From Hausera hauseri (lineage: Eukaryota), in the NCBI GenBank assembly GCA_046269625.1, contig JBJURY010000012.1, forward strand, positions 196-64,000: 63,805 nucleotides of DNA. Reading direction: 5' to 3'. The position numbers and the translations under genes are program-made. Shown here in pieces: positions 21,916 through 31,874 of the stretch (positions are counted from its first letter, which is position 1; each line of letters begins with the position of its first letter). The notes below the pieces were generated by a model, which was not told the origin of the DNA, did no database searches, and saw only the letters and a program-made list of their open reading frames with translations.

Positions 21916-22934
21916 TATATTAAAGTATATATTTTTTAATATAAATATATCCTTTACATTTATTCTTTCATTAATATTATGAATATATTTGTTTATATGT
22001 CCTAATTCAATTATATTACGACAAAATTTAAATATTATTCTTCCTTCTGATGTTCCACCGAAATTATTTATTTTTATGTATTTATTTATATATCTATTAA
22101 ACTTACAAAAGTAAGGTTTAGAATTTTGTATAATTTTTGTTTTTGCTATTTTATATACAGAATTTATTTTATTAATTATACTTTTTATATTTTCTTTATA
22201 AAGATATCTGATATTTATATTTACTATTACATTATTTGATATAATATTATAAGTTTTATTTTTTGTATAAATATTTGTAATAATTATTTTTGTATTGGGT
22301 TTTTTTTTAATATATAAATATTTATTTACGTATCTTATAGTTTTAAGTATAGCATTTTTATTGTTTTGTAAATATGCTGTATGCATCTGTTTACCTTTAA
22401 ATATTATTTTTAGATTTAATGAACCCCTTCTTCCTGTTCTTATTCTATCTCCTAATATATTTTTTGAACTTGGTTCTCCTACTATACAGTTATTTATATT
22501 TACTTTTTTTTTTATAAATATTTCTTTCATAAACTTTATACCGTATGAATATTTTTCCTCATCACCTGTACATATAATGCAAATATTTTTTATATTTATA
22601 TTTTTAAGAATATAATATTCTATTCCTTTTATAAAACATATTAATCCTCCTTTCATATCTGAAATACCTAATCCAATTAATTTTTTTTTAGTTATAAATA
22701 GTTTTAAACCATTAATTATCCAATTTGTTTGTTTGACAGTATCTATATGACTTAAGTATAATAAATCTATATTATATAATTTATAATTATTAAAAAATAA
22801 ATAGTTCGTTTTTTTTTAATAGTATATTTATAACTAAAAAATCCTTTTTTTTTAAATATATTTTTTAATGATATGATTTTCTTATTATATTTATAAGTAT
22901 TTAAACTAATAAACCTATTTAATATATTAATCAT
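21892..22934 (-). CDS. dapE: Succinyl-diaminopimelate desuccinylase, split by a frameshift at an A9 tract (22809-22817)
   Basis: SHIDTV, GLGISDMKGG, TGDEE, VGEPS, GRRGS, GGTSEGR; ATG 22934 overlaps the dapD stop but is out of frame by 1 nt. Confidence 0.85.
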
Positions 22935-23712
22935 TTCTTAATAATCTATTAGGTAATATTTTTTTTCTTGTTGATTTATTAACTTTTTTAATTATTATAG
23001 CAGAATATATAGAATATTTATTATAATTTAATGTACCTGATATTATTACTGAATTTCTTGGTACTATTCCTTTATATATTTTATTATTTTTTAAATCATA
23101 TATCTTAGTACTCTTACTCAAAAATACCCCCATTGCAATAACTGTGTTTTTTTTTATTATTACACCTTCAGCTATTTCACATCTAGCACCTATAAAACAA
23201 TTTTTTTCTATAATAACTGGATTATTTTGTATAGGTTCCAATACTCCTCCAATACCACATCCTCCACTTATATGTATATTTTTACCAATATAAGCGCAAC
23301 TACCTATAGTTGTCCATGTATCAATAAGAGTATTTCTTCCTATATAAGCTCCTATATTAATAAATGAAGGCATTATTATAACATTTTCTGATATAAATGC
23401 ACCGTATCTAATAATTGCACCTGGTACTATCCTTATTTTATTCTTTTTAAAATCATTCTTTTTATATTTTATAAATTTATTTTCTATTTTATCATAATAT
23501 TTAGTAAATATACCATTAATTAATTTATTTCTTTTTATTCTATAATATAATATTATAGCTCTTTTAATCCATATATTTACTACCCATCTTTTCTTTGTTT
23601 TTTTAACTATTTTTATTTTTCCTTTATCAAGTTTATTTATTACTTTTGTAATAATTTTTATTCCCTTTTTATTTATATTACCTTTCCAAATTTTTAATAT
23701 ATTTTTTTTCAT
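22927..23712 (-). CDS. dapD: Tetrahydrodipicolinate N-succinyltransferase
   Basis: YYDKI, RIVPGA, MPSFINIGAY, HISGG.GIGGVLEP. Confidence 0.97.
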   Translation of the reverse strand: MKKNILKIWKGNINKKGIKIITKVINKLDKGKIKIVKKTKKRWVVNIWIKRAIILYYRIKRNKLINGIFTKYYDKIENKFIKYKKNDFKKNKIRIVPGAIIRYGAFISENVIIMPSFINIGAYIGRNTLIDTWTTIGSCAYIGKNIHISGGCGIGGVLEPIQNNPVIIEKNCFIGARCEIAEGVIIKKNTVIAMGVFLSKSTKIYDLKNNKIYKGIVPRNSVIISGTLNYNKYSIYSAIIIKKVNKSTRKKILPNRLLRND

Positions 23713-23858
23713 AGTATATTATAATAGTGTAAAAATTAATAATCATCTTTTAAATTATGTTGTATATTATCTTTATTATTTATATTATATCTCCTTTTAT
23801 TCTTTAAATAGAAATTTTCTATATAAAAAATGTATTGTATATATTTTATTAATTAATT

Positions 23859-24380
23859 ATGAAAATAAAAATAAAGAAGATGTTAAAATATAATATGCAT
23901 TTAAGTCATTATAAAAGATATAGAAAACCTAGTATTGAAAAATATATATATTGTGATTTTAACGGGATTGGTATAATAAATTTAATTACAATAGTAAAAA
24001 AGATATATGATTTAGTTAAATATATTAAAAGAAAAAAGATTAGAAGAAAAGAAATAATAATTATATGTATTAAAAAAAATATTAGGGAGGTATTAGAACT
24101 ATTTTTAGTGAATAAATCTAATATATTAGTATGTAAAAGATGGATGGGTGGATCAGTAACTAATAAACTATATAATAAAATAACTAATATAAGATTAATA
24201 TTCATTATTGATTCGGTTTATCATCGTAATATTTTAAGTGAAATAAATCATATTCAAATAGATAGTATTTGCTTAAGTGATCTAAAAAAAGAAGATTCAA
24301 AGTTTTTTATTCCTATGAATGATGATTCTGTAAACTCTGTATTATATTTTTTTAAAATATTATTTAAAATTTTGATATGA
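23859..24380 (+). CDS. rpsB: 30S ribosomal protein S2 (short)
   Basis: MHLSH, GIINL, RWMGGSVTN, IPMNDDS. Confidence 0.9.
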   Translation: MKIKIKKMLKYNMHLSHYKRYRKPSIEKYIYCDFNGIGIINLITIVKKIYDLVKYIKRKKIRRKEIIIICIKKNIREVLELFLVNKSNILVCKRWMGGSVTNKLYNKITNIRLIFIIDSVYHRNILSEINHIQIDSICLSDLKKEDSKFFIPMNDDSVNSVLYFFKILFKILI

Positions 24381-24877
24381 TTATACGTTTCTTTAAATAT
24401 ATAAATAATAAGAAAACAAAATGTTCTTTAGTTAAAATATTTTATAATAGTAATCTAAAAAATAATAATTGTTTTTTAAACTTAATTAATAAATCAATTA
24501 AAAGTATTATTATATCGCATAATAAAATAGATGTAATAAATATAATTAATAATTTTATAAAAAGGTATTATTTATATTTCAATAAAAAAATAATAGTTAA
24601 AAAGGTTATTCTAATAAAAACTAGATATAAAATAGATATTTTTAACTATTCTATATTTATAATATTAATTGTTGTGAATGATTCTGGTATCAATAAAATA
24701 GGATTTTTAAGAAATAGAATTATTTATTATATATATAAGAATAGTTTTAAAAAATCAAGGATTAATATAAGTGGTTTCTTAAATTCTTCTTTTAAGTGTA
24801 ATAATAATATAAAGATAGTTAAAGATTATCTTAAGTACAATAATATTATATTAAAGTATTTCTTTTTTTTAAATTAG
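24377..24877 (+). CDS. tsf: Probable elongation factor Ts, highly eroded
   Basis: Position in the rpsB-tsf-(pyrH)-frr order; weak C-terminal FLNSSF..NNN.KIVKDYL similarity. Confidence 0.45.
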   Translation: MIIRFFKYINNKKTKCSLVKIFYNSNLKNNNCFLNLINKSIKSIIISHNKIDVINIINNFIKRYYLYFNKKIIVKKVILIKTRYKIDIFNYSIFIILIVVNDSGINKIGFLRNRIIYYIYKNSFKKSRINISGFLNSSFKCNNNIKIVKDYLKYNNIILKYFFFLN

Positions 24878-25363
24878 ATGAATACAAATAATATAATTGA
24901 TAAATTTATTGCTTCTTTGGATATGAATAATTTTTTAAGTAAGATAAATAGGATAAAGAATATGTCCTATCTTGACACAAGTTTTTTTCAATATATTAAA
25001 GCTTATAATTATTATTTAAGAGATTATTCTTATATATATAAATATAAAAATTATATACTATTTAAACCTTTTGATATAAAATATCTTAAAATAATAGGAA
25101 CTGCGTTAAGTAATAATAATATAGTTAAAAATTATAGTTTTAAAATAAAAAAAAATATTCTGTTTTTACAAAATAAATATTTAGATAAGAATAGTAAAAA
25201 AAATATAATTAAATATGAAATAAATATATATAAAATAAAATTAAAAACAATGAGAGAAAAATTATTTAAAAAATATAGTTATAATAAAAATATATTATAT
25301 ATAAAAAATAATATTGATTATAAATATAAGGAATTAATAAAAAAACTAAATTTATTATATTAG
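24878..25363 (+). CDS. frr: Probable ribosome recycling factor, eroded
   Basis: LFKPFDIK motif, size and position. Confidence 0.55.
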   Translation: MNTNNIIDKFIASLDMNNFLSKINRIKNMSYLDTSFFQYIKAYNYYLRDYSYIYKYKNYILFKPFDIKYLKIIGTALSNNNIVKNYSFKIKKNILFLQNKYLDKNSKKNIIKYEINIYKIKLKTMREKLFKKYSYNKNILYIKNNIDYKYKELIKKLNLLY

Positions 25364-25366
25364 ATA

Positions 25367-25437
25367 TCAAAAAGATAGGAATTAAACCTATAGTATCTAC
25401 ACCCAAAATAGATATGTTATCATTACATTACTTCTTG
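25367..25437 (-). tRNA. tRNA-Pro(UGG)
   Basis: C1-G72, A73; TCTAT-TT TGG GT-GTAGA; degenerate T-loop TTTAATT. Confidence 0.8.
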
Positions 25438-25454
25438 TTTTTTTTACATTATGA

Positions 25455-25526
25455 TGTAAGATAGAGCAGTAGCAGCTCATCGGGCTCATAATCCGAAGGT
25501 CATAGGTTCAAATCCTATTCTTATAA
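25455..25526 (+). tRNA. Initiator tRNA-fMet(CAU)
   Basis: TCGGG-CT CAT AA-TCCGA AGGTC and GAGC/GCTC D-stem, typical of initiator tRNA. Confidence 0.9.
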
Positions 25527-25528
25527 GA

Positions 25529-25599
25529 CTCTTTATAGTTTAAAGGAAGAACACAGGTCTTCTAAATCTGATATCAAGGTTCAAGTCCTTGTAGAGAGA
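25529..25599 (+). tRNA. tRNA-Arg(UCU)
   Basis: CAGGT-CT TCT AA-ATCTG; CAAGG TTCAAGT CCTTG. Confidence 0.9.
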
Positions 25600-25604
25600 A
25601 TATA

Positions 25605-26645
25605 ATGACCGGAAACAGTTTAGGTGACTTATTTAGAATTACTACTTTTGGAGAATCTCATGGTAAATTAATTGGTTGTATTATCGATGGTTGTCCTTCA
25701 GGTATTAAAATTAATATAAAAGATATGCAAGGATATATTAATACTAGAAGACCAGGTATAAATAAATTTGTTACTCAAAGAAAGGAATTAGATAAAATAA
25801 ATATAGTTTCAGGTATTTTAAATAATGTTACTACGGGTACACCTATATCTATTATAGTATTTAATAGAGATTATAAAAGTAAAGATTATAATAATTTAAT
25901 AAATATATTTAGACCCGGTCATGCTGATTATACCTATTTTAAAAAATTTAATATAAGAGACTATAGAGGTGGAGGAAGGTCATCAGCACGAACAACTGTA
26001 TCAATTGTAATTGCCGGTTATATAGCTAAGAAACTTCTTAAAGAATTATTTAATATAAATATATTTAGTTATATTTATAGTATAGGAAAATTTAATATAC
26101 AATTAAAAGGTAATCTTATTGATTTTTATAATAAAAATAATTATTATTTAAAAAAGTATTTAAATTATATTAGAAAATCCGGTAATTCTGTAGGAGCATC
26201 TATTTGTATAAATATAAATGGTATATTCCCAGGGATAGGTGAACCAATATTCGATAAGTTGGATGTTAAATTATCCCAATCACTAATTGGAATAAATGCG
26301 GTAAAAGGTATTGAAATTGGTAATGGAATAAATTCTTCTAAATCTTATGGTATAGATTTTAATGACGAAATATATAATAAGGGGTTTAAAAAAGATAATT
26401 CAGGTGGTATATTAGGGGGTATTTCCAATGGTCAAGATATAAATTTTAAGATACATATTAAACCTACTTCTAGTATTATAAGAGAACAAAACACTGTAAC
26501 AAAAAATATTCATCAAAAAAAAATAAAGGTAATTGGTAGACATGATCCATGTGTAGGATTAAGAGCTTGCTCTATATTAGAATCAATTACATCAATTGTT
26601 CTAATTGATTTAATACTAAAACACAAAGCCAGATTATTTATATAG
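25605..26645 (+). CDS. aroC: Chorismate synthase
   Basis: TTFGESHG, RPGHAD, RGGGRSSAR, GRHDPCV. Confidence 0.98.
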   Translation: MTGNSLGDLFRITTFGESHGKLIGCIIDGCPSGIKINIKDMQGYINTRRPGINKFVTQRKELDKINIVSGILNNVTTGTPISIIVFNRDYKSKDYNNLINIFRPGHADYTYFKKFNIRDYRGGGRSSARTTVSIVIAGYIAKKLLKELFNINIFSYIYSIGKFNIQLKGNLIDFYNKNNYYLKKYLNYIRKSGNSVGASICININGIFPGIGEPIFDKLDVKLSQSLIGINAVKGIEIGNGINSSKSYGIDFNDEIYNKGFKKDNSGGILGGISNGQDINFKIHIKPTSSIIREQNTVTKNIHQKKIKVIGRHDPCVGLRACSILESITSIVLIDLILKHKARLFI

Positions 26646-26714
26646 ATTTGTATCTTAATGGTAAAGTATTACTTTAACACAGTAATTTAATCGGTTCAAT
26701 TCCGTTCAAATCTA
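26644..26714 (+). tRNA. tRNA-Val with AAC anticodon
   Basis: AGATTTG/CAAATCT acceptor; TTACT-TT AAC AC-AGTAA; CGG TTCAATT CCG. Confidence 0.85.
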
Positions 26715-26721
26715 AATAACT

Positions 26722-27156
26722 TTGAAAATAAAACTACTAGATGAAAATAAAAATTATTTAGGTGAATATAAATATTCGGAAGCTATATTATTATCTAAAG
26801 AAAAGAATTTAGATTTAATTAAGGTTAATAATAATGTCTATATGTTTGGTAATATTAAAAAATATTCTTTTGATATAAGAAAGAGAAGAAGAATAAAAAA
26901 AAAGAAAGATAAGATATTAAAGTTTAACTCTAATATATCTAATCAGGATATATTTATTAAGATTAGGAAAATTATAGAATTTATAAAAAAGAAATATATA
27001 ATAAAAATAATGTATATTAATAGGGCGTACAAAATAAATTCGGAATATTCTACTAGATTCTTTAAGAAATTATTAGTAAATCTTAGGGATTATAATTTTA
27101 ATAAAAATATTCAAATAATAAATAATATTTATACAATGTTTATAATACCTAAATGA
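26722..27156 (+). CDS. infC: Translation initiation factor IF-3
   Basis: IKLLDEN...LG...EA...LDLI; heads infC-rpmI-rplT. Confidence 0.85.
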   Translation: MKIKLLDENKNYLGEYKYSEAILLSKEKNLDLIKVNNNVYMFGNIKKYSFDIRKRRRIKKKKDKILKFNSNISNQDIFIKIRKIIEFIKKKYIIKIMYINRAYKINSEYSTRFFKKLLVNLRDYNFNKNIQIINNIYTMFIIPK

Positions 27157-27284
27157 AAAACAAAATAAATAAAAGTATTCTAAAAAGAATTAGAATAAAA
27201 AAAGGAATTATAAAAATAAATTTAAAAGGTAAAAAGAAATATCTATTATACTATGACAAGATCAAAAAAAAGTACAAAATCTAG
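27153..27284 (+). CDS. rpmI: 50S ribosomal protein L35, short (43 aa; not in ORF track)
   Basis: MKNKINKSILKRIRIKKGIIK...; ATGA-coupled to infC and upstream of rplT. Confidence 0.75.
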   Translation: MKNKINKSILKRIRIKKGIIKINLKGKKKYLLYYDKIKKKYKI

Positions 27285-27600
27285 AAATAGGAAATTTTTA
27301 AAATATACAAAAGGATTTTTAAATAGAAGAAAAAATGTTTATAAAATAGCTAAACAAGCTTATAAAAGAAGTTTATATTATAGATATTTAGGGTTTAAAA
27401 AAAAAAAGAGATATATGAAAAGGATTTGGATAGAATATTTAAATAAGCAACTAAATATATTAGGAACTAAATATAATCATTTTATATACTTAACAAAAAA
27501 TAAAATAATTCTGGATAAAAATATTCTATATATTATTAGTAAAATAACACCTTTATTATTTAAAAAGTATATATATTTTATTTTAGATAAAGGTTGTTAG
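27253..27600 (+). CDS. rplT: 50S ribosomal protein L20
   Basis: MTR, KGF, YKIAKQA, KKR.MKRIWI. Confidence 0.92.
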   Translation: MTRSKKSTKSRNRKFLKYTKGFLNRRKNVYKIAKQAYKRSLYYRYLGFKKKKRYMKRIWIEYLNKQLNILGTKYNHFIYLTKNKIILDKNILYIISKITPLLFKKYIYFILDKGC

Positions 27601-27663
27601 CTCAGTTGGTAGAGCAATGGACTTTTAATCCATTGGTCATGTGTTCAATTCACATATAACTTA
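27591..27663 (+). tRNA. tRNA-Lys(UUU)
   Basis: ATGGA-CT TTT AA-TCCAT; canonical D and T arms. Confidence 0.95.
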
Positions 27664-27669
27664 AGTGTT

Positions 27670-28545
27670 TTATATTAATAATAATTTTATTAATGCAGTT
27701 TGCACATATATTTTATTATATGCGCATTTCCATACCATACTTTTAGGATTATTTATTACTCCTTTTTCTATTTCTTTACCTCTATATGCTGGTAAACAGT
27801 GAAAAAATACTGCTTTTTTATTCATCTTGGTTATCATTTTCTTTTTTATTTGAAAATATTTTTTATATAAACCAATATCTGTCTTTTTATCCCCCATACT
27901 TTTCCACGTATCTGTTATTAAGATATCTATTTTTTTTATAGATATTGTTTTTGTTTTAATATTATAAAAATATATATTATCTTTATACTTACTTTTGTAT
28001 TTATTTTTTATTTTTTCTGTTGTATAAATAAATAGTTTAAATTTAAATATATTTATTATTTTACACCATGAATGTATTATATTATTCCATAAACCTACCC
28101 AATATATTTTTTTATTTTTTATACTTTGATAGTTTTCAATATATGTAAAGATATCATTAACTACCTGACAAGGATGTTCTTTTATACTTAATGCATTTAT
28201 TATTGGAACTTTTGAATAAATACTAATCTTTTTAATTAAACTATGTTTTTTTTCTCTAATTATAATAATATCAAAATAGTTTGATAAATATTTTATAGCA
28301 TCTTTTATAGATTCACCTCTTTTAATTTGCAATTCTTTTTGATTTATATATATTACTTTTCCTCCTGATTTTTCTATACCTACCTGAAATGCTATTCTTG
28401 TTCTTGTAGAAGGTAGATTAAAGATAAGTAGAATTCTTTTCCCTTTTAGAATATTATTATTTTTATTATACTTAATATATAGAAATAGTTTATATAATTT
28501 AATATATTGTTTTTTATTAAGATCATTACATGATATAAACTTCAT
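27670..28545 (-). CDS. argF: Ornithine carbamoyltransferase
   Basis: PSTRTR, RGESIKD, INAL...HPCQ, TDTW.SMG, HCLPAYRG. Confidence 0.95.
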   Translation of the reverse strand: MKFISCNDLNKKQYIKLYKLFLYIKYNKNNNILKGKRILLIFNLPSTRTRIAFQVGIEKSGGKVIYINQKELQIKRGESIKDAIKYLSNYFDIIIIREKKHSLIKKISIYSKVPIINALSIKEHPCQVVNDIFTYIENYQSIKNKKIYWVGLWNNIIHSWCKIINIFKFKLFIYTTEKIKNKYKSKYKDNIYFYNIKTKTISIKKIDILITDTWKSMGDKKTDIGLYKKYFQIKKKMITKMNKKAVFFHCLPAYRGKEIEKGVINNPKSMVWKCAYNKIYVQTALIKLLLI

Positions 28546-28553
28546 TTACTCTA

Positions 28554-28625
28554 GATAAAATATAGGAATCGAACCTATTTAATTAAAACCACAACTTAAC
28601 TCTTTACCATTAAGATAATTTTATC
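28554..28625 (-). tRNA. tRNA-His(GUG)
   Basis: TT GTG GT loop; encoded G-1:C73 pair. Confidence 0.88.
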
Positions 28626-28695
28626 TGTCATATATAGGACTTGAACCTATATTAACTGATTACAAATCAATTACTTTGCTTTAAGTTAAAATGAC
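28626..28695 (-). tRNA. tRNA-Thr(UGU)
   Basis: ATTGA-TT TGT AA-TCAGT; ATAGG TTCAAGT CCTAT. Confidence 0.88.
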
Positions 28696-28964
28696 TATAA
28701 TCTTTTTTTGAATTCCTTTTTTATTTCTTTTAATTTTATATTTGTAATACTTAATAATAATAAACTATGAAATAATAGATCACAGAATTCATGTATTATA
28801 TTCTTTTTATTATATTCTTTTTTGAGTTCATTAACAAATTCAAATGCCTCCTCCATTATTTTTCTTTTTATATTATTTTTATTACCTAATTTTTTAATCA
28901 CATAACTATTTAAATATTTTTTTCTTTTATTAATCTTATTGTAAATTCTTTTTAATATTTTCAT
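28695..28964 (-). CDS. hisE: Phosphoribosyl-ATP pyrophosphohydrolase
   Basis: NSY, KIMEEAFE, EFCDLLFH. Confidence 0.9.
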   Translation of the reverse strand: MKILKRIYNKINKRKKYLNSYVIKKLGNKNNIKRKIMEEAFEFVNELKKEYNKKNIIHEFCDLLFHSLLLLSITNIKLKEIKKEFKKRL

Positions 28965-29251
28965 AGGTATTTAAAAAAACATGTTCTTATATTATAGTGA
29001 CAACTATAACCAAATTGCTTAACAAATATTAAAATATTATCATTATCACAATCAAAAAATATTTTTCTAACCAATTGAAAATTACCACTTGTACTGCCTT
29101 TTATCCATTCCATTTTTCTACTTCTAGAAAAATAAATACATATTCCATAATTTAATGTTTTTTTAAATGTTTTTTTACTCATCCAAGCTATAAATAATAT
29201 TTTTCTATTAAGTATATTTACTGTTATTACAGGTATTAATTTTATTTTCAT
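28961..29251 (-). CDS. hisI: Phosphoribosyl-AMP cyclohydrolase
   Basis: YFSRSR...WIKGSTSGNFQ, DCDND, SCH...TCF. Confidence 0.95.
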   Translation of the reverse strand: MKIKLIPVITVNILNRKILFIAWMSKKTFKKTLNYGICIYFSRSRKMEWIKGSTSGNFQLVRKIFFDCDNDNILIFVKQFGYSCHYNIRTCFFKYL

Positions 29252-29991
29252 AATCTAATTCTTATTTTATTATTATACAATATAGTTTTTATATTTTTTA
29301 TATTAGTTTTATTTTTATGTAATATACTGGCAATTAATCCACCATCTAAATTATATTCTTTAAATATTTTTAGTATAGTACTTGTATCCCCTCCTCCTGA
29401 TATAATTAATTGATTATTTATTTTTCTAATAATTTTTTTAATTAGTTTTATATTATATCCTAAACACTTACCATCGTTTTCTATACATGTTATAAGCAAT
29501 TCACCTGAATGATTAATAAATTTATTAATCCAGTTTATTATATTATATTTTGTTCTTTTTTTCCCTCCATTTAGATATACATACCAATCGTTTTTATATT
29601 TTTTTACATCAATCGAAATAACAACAGACTGTTTACCATATTTATTTACTATCTTTTTTAAAAGATTTCTATTATAATAAAGTGTACTATTTAATACAAT
29701 TCTATCAGTTCCATTCCTAAACATTTTATTTACATCCTTTATTGTATTTATATTCCCTCCCGAAGTTATAGGAATAAATATATCTTTAGAAATATTTTTT
29801 ATAAGCTTAGAAAATAAAGATATAGGTTGCTTATTAATATTTAATATAACTATTTCATCTATCCCTTCTTTATAATATTTCTTTGTAAAATATTTAGGTT
29901 CTCCTAGGTTAATTAAATTTATAAATTTTGTTCCTTTAACCAATTTATTATTTAAGATATCTAAACAAGCAATTATTCTTTTACTTATCAT
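29248..29991 (-). CDS. hisF: Imidazole glycerol phosphate synthase cyclase subunit
   Basis: KRIIACLD, VKGTKF, GELLIT.I..DG...GY. Confidence 0.95.
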   Translation of the reverse strand: MISKRIIACLDILNNKLVKGTKFINLINLGEPKYFTKKYYKEGIDEIVILNINKQPISLFSKLIKNISKDIFIPITSGGNINTIKDVNKMFRNGTDRIVLNSTLYYNRNLLKKIVNKYGKQSVVISIDVKKYKNDWYVYLNGGKKRTKYNIINWINKFINHSGELLITCIENDGKCLGYNIKLIKKIIRKINNQLIISGGGDTSTILKIFKEYNLDGGLIASILHKNKTNIKNIKTILYNNKIRIRL

Positions 29992-30715
29992 TAAATTTAA
30001 TTATTTTATCTATATTTTTTTTATTATTAAATAAATATTTTCCACAAATTATACCTTTTATATTTTTAAAATTCTTCTTAATATTATAAGCTTGTTTAAT
30101 TGAAGAAAAACCTCCAGAGATAAGTATTTCTTTATCTTTATATTTATTTATTTTTTTAATATTATTTAAATTTAATCCTTTTAATGTACCATCATTATTA
30201 ATATCGGTTAATATAATATTTTTAATACCAATTTTATTTATATAACTTATAGCTTTATCAATAGTTAAATCTATTTTTTCTTTCCATCCTTTTATTCTAA
30301 TTGTTTTCTTATAATCTATACTAATAAATATATATTTTGCAAATGGTTTTATTTTCTTTAGATCAATTGTTTTATTAAATATACATGTACTTAGTATTAT
30401 ATATGAAGCACCTTTATTTAAATAGTATTTTATAGATTCTATATCTCTTATTCCTCCTCCTATTCTTATCAATATATTTTGATTTTTATGTTTATTTTTA
30501 TATTTCAGTATCTTATTTATAATTTTATTATTTATTTTGGTTTCTATTAAGGGTTTATTTAGATCTATAATATTAAATTCCCTAATTCCTTTTTTAACCA
30601 GTTCTATAAAATATTTATATGGATCTTTATTATAAGTTTTTATATCTTTATATTCCCCTTTTATTAGTCTTACTAATTTTTTATTAAATATATCTAACGC
30701 TATTATTATTTTCAT
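29981..30715 (-). CDS. hisA: ProFAR isomerase
   Basis: LVRL.KG, GGGIRD, TDINNDGTLKG, SGG. Confidence 0.93.
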   Translation of the reverse strand: MKIIIALDIFNKKLVRLIKGEYKDIKTYNKDPYKYFIELVKKGIREFNIIDLNKPLIETKINNKIINKILKYKNKHKNQNILIRIGGGIRDIESIKYYLNKGASYIILSTCIFNKTIDLKKIKPFAKYIFISIDYKKTIRIKGWKEKIDLTIDKAISYINKIGIKNIILTDINNDGTLKGLNLNNIKKINKYKDKEILISGGFSSIKQAYNIKKNFKNIKGIICGKYLFNNKKNIDKIIKFNDK

Positions 30716-31323
30716 ATATAATTTATAAAATTTCTTATTAAATTTAATCCTATTGACCCACTTATTTCAGGGTGAAACTGAACTAAAAAAATATTATTTA
30801 ATATATAAAAAGAAGAAAAATAAATATTATGAAAGGTTCTGCCAAAACTATTTATATTATAATTTAAATAATAACTATTGGAAAAAAATAAGTAATTTTT
30901 ATTATTATCTGTAATTTTGTAAATAGTATGTTTATAATTTAAATATACTTTATTCCATCCAATATGCGGTAGTTTTATATTTATTTTCTTTAAGTAATTT
31001 ATTTTACCTTTAATAATACCTAATCCATTAAATCCTCCTTCTTTATTTTCTCCAAATAAGATTTGTTCACCTAAACATATTCCTAAAAAATATTTGGTTT
31101 TTATTATTATTCTTAACGATAGTAAAAAATCATTACTTATAAGATTCTTATAGTAGTTATTAATAGCACCTTGTCCTGGAAATATTATCTTATCACATTT
31201 ATTTATTTTTTGAATATTATTAACAATAATAATATTATTATTATTATTGTTATTAATATTATTTATAGCCTTAATTAAAGAATATATATTCCCTACTCCT
31301 AAATATATTATTCCTATAATCAT
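30712..31323 (-). CDS. hisH: Imidazole glycerol phosphate synthase glutaminase subunit
   Basis: PGQG, LGICLG.Q, LPHIGWN, QFHPE. Confidence 0.95.
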   Translation of the reverse strand: MIIGIIYLGVGNIYSLIKAINNINNNNNNNIIIVNNIQKINKCDKIIFPGQGAINNYYKNLISNDFLLSLRIIIKTKYFLGICLGEQILFGENKEGGFNGLGIIKGKINYLKKINIKLPHIGWNKVYLNYKHTIYKITDNNKNYLFFSNSYYLNYNINSFGRTFHNIYFSSFYILNNIFLVQFHPEISGSIGLNLIRNFINYI

Positions 31324-31874
31324 TTTGTTGTTATAAAATTAGTTCTTATAAATAATGATTTCTTTATTATTAAACCTAGACATTTAAAAATACTTTCTAA
31401 TATATGATGTGTATTAATTCCCAAAGTATCTATATGTATTGTACATTTACAATTCTCACAAAATGCTTTAATAAATTCATAAATTATATTTTTATCGAAT
31501 CTTGTTATATTTTCTTTTAAATATACGTTATAATTTAAATAAGACCTCTTAGATATATCAAATACTATTCTAGTTAATGCTTCATCCATTGGTATAAAAG
31601 AATAATTAAAACGTTTGAAATTCTTATTCCTGTAAATAATTAGAAATATTTTCCCTAATGATATACCTATATCCTCTATTATATGATGTATATCCACTTT
31701 TATATCACCTCTTGCCTTTAAATATATACCTATACCTGAGTGTTTAAACATTTGTTCCAACATATGATTAAAAAAATTTATTTTAGTATCAATAATAACT
31801 TTTTCTTTTAGAAAAGAAATAATAATAACAATATTAGTCTCTTTTGTTTTTCTTTTAATTAATATTTTATTCAT
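31320..31874 (-). CDS. hisB: Imidazoleglycerol-phosphate dehydratase (monofunctional)
   Basis: RKTKET, FFNHML, DIHHIIED, PMDEAL, NTHHILE; no phosphatase domain. Confidence 0.95.
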   Translation of the reverse strand: MNKILIKRKTKETNIVIIISFLKEKVIIDTKINFFNHMLEQMFKHSGIGIYLKARGDIKVDIHHIIEDIGISLGKIFLIIYRNKNFKRFNYSFIPMDEALTRIVFDISKRSYLNYNVYLKENITRFDKNIIYEFIKAFCENCKCTIHIDTLGINTHHILESIFKCLGLIIKKSLFIRTNFITTK

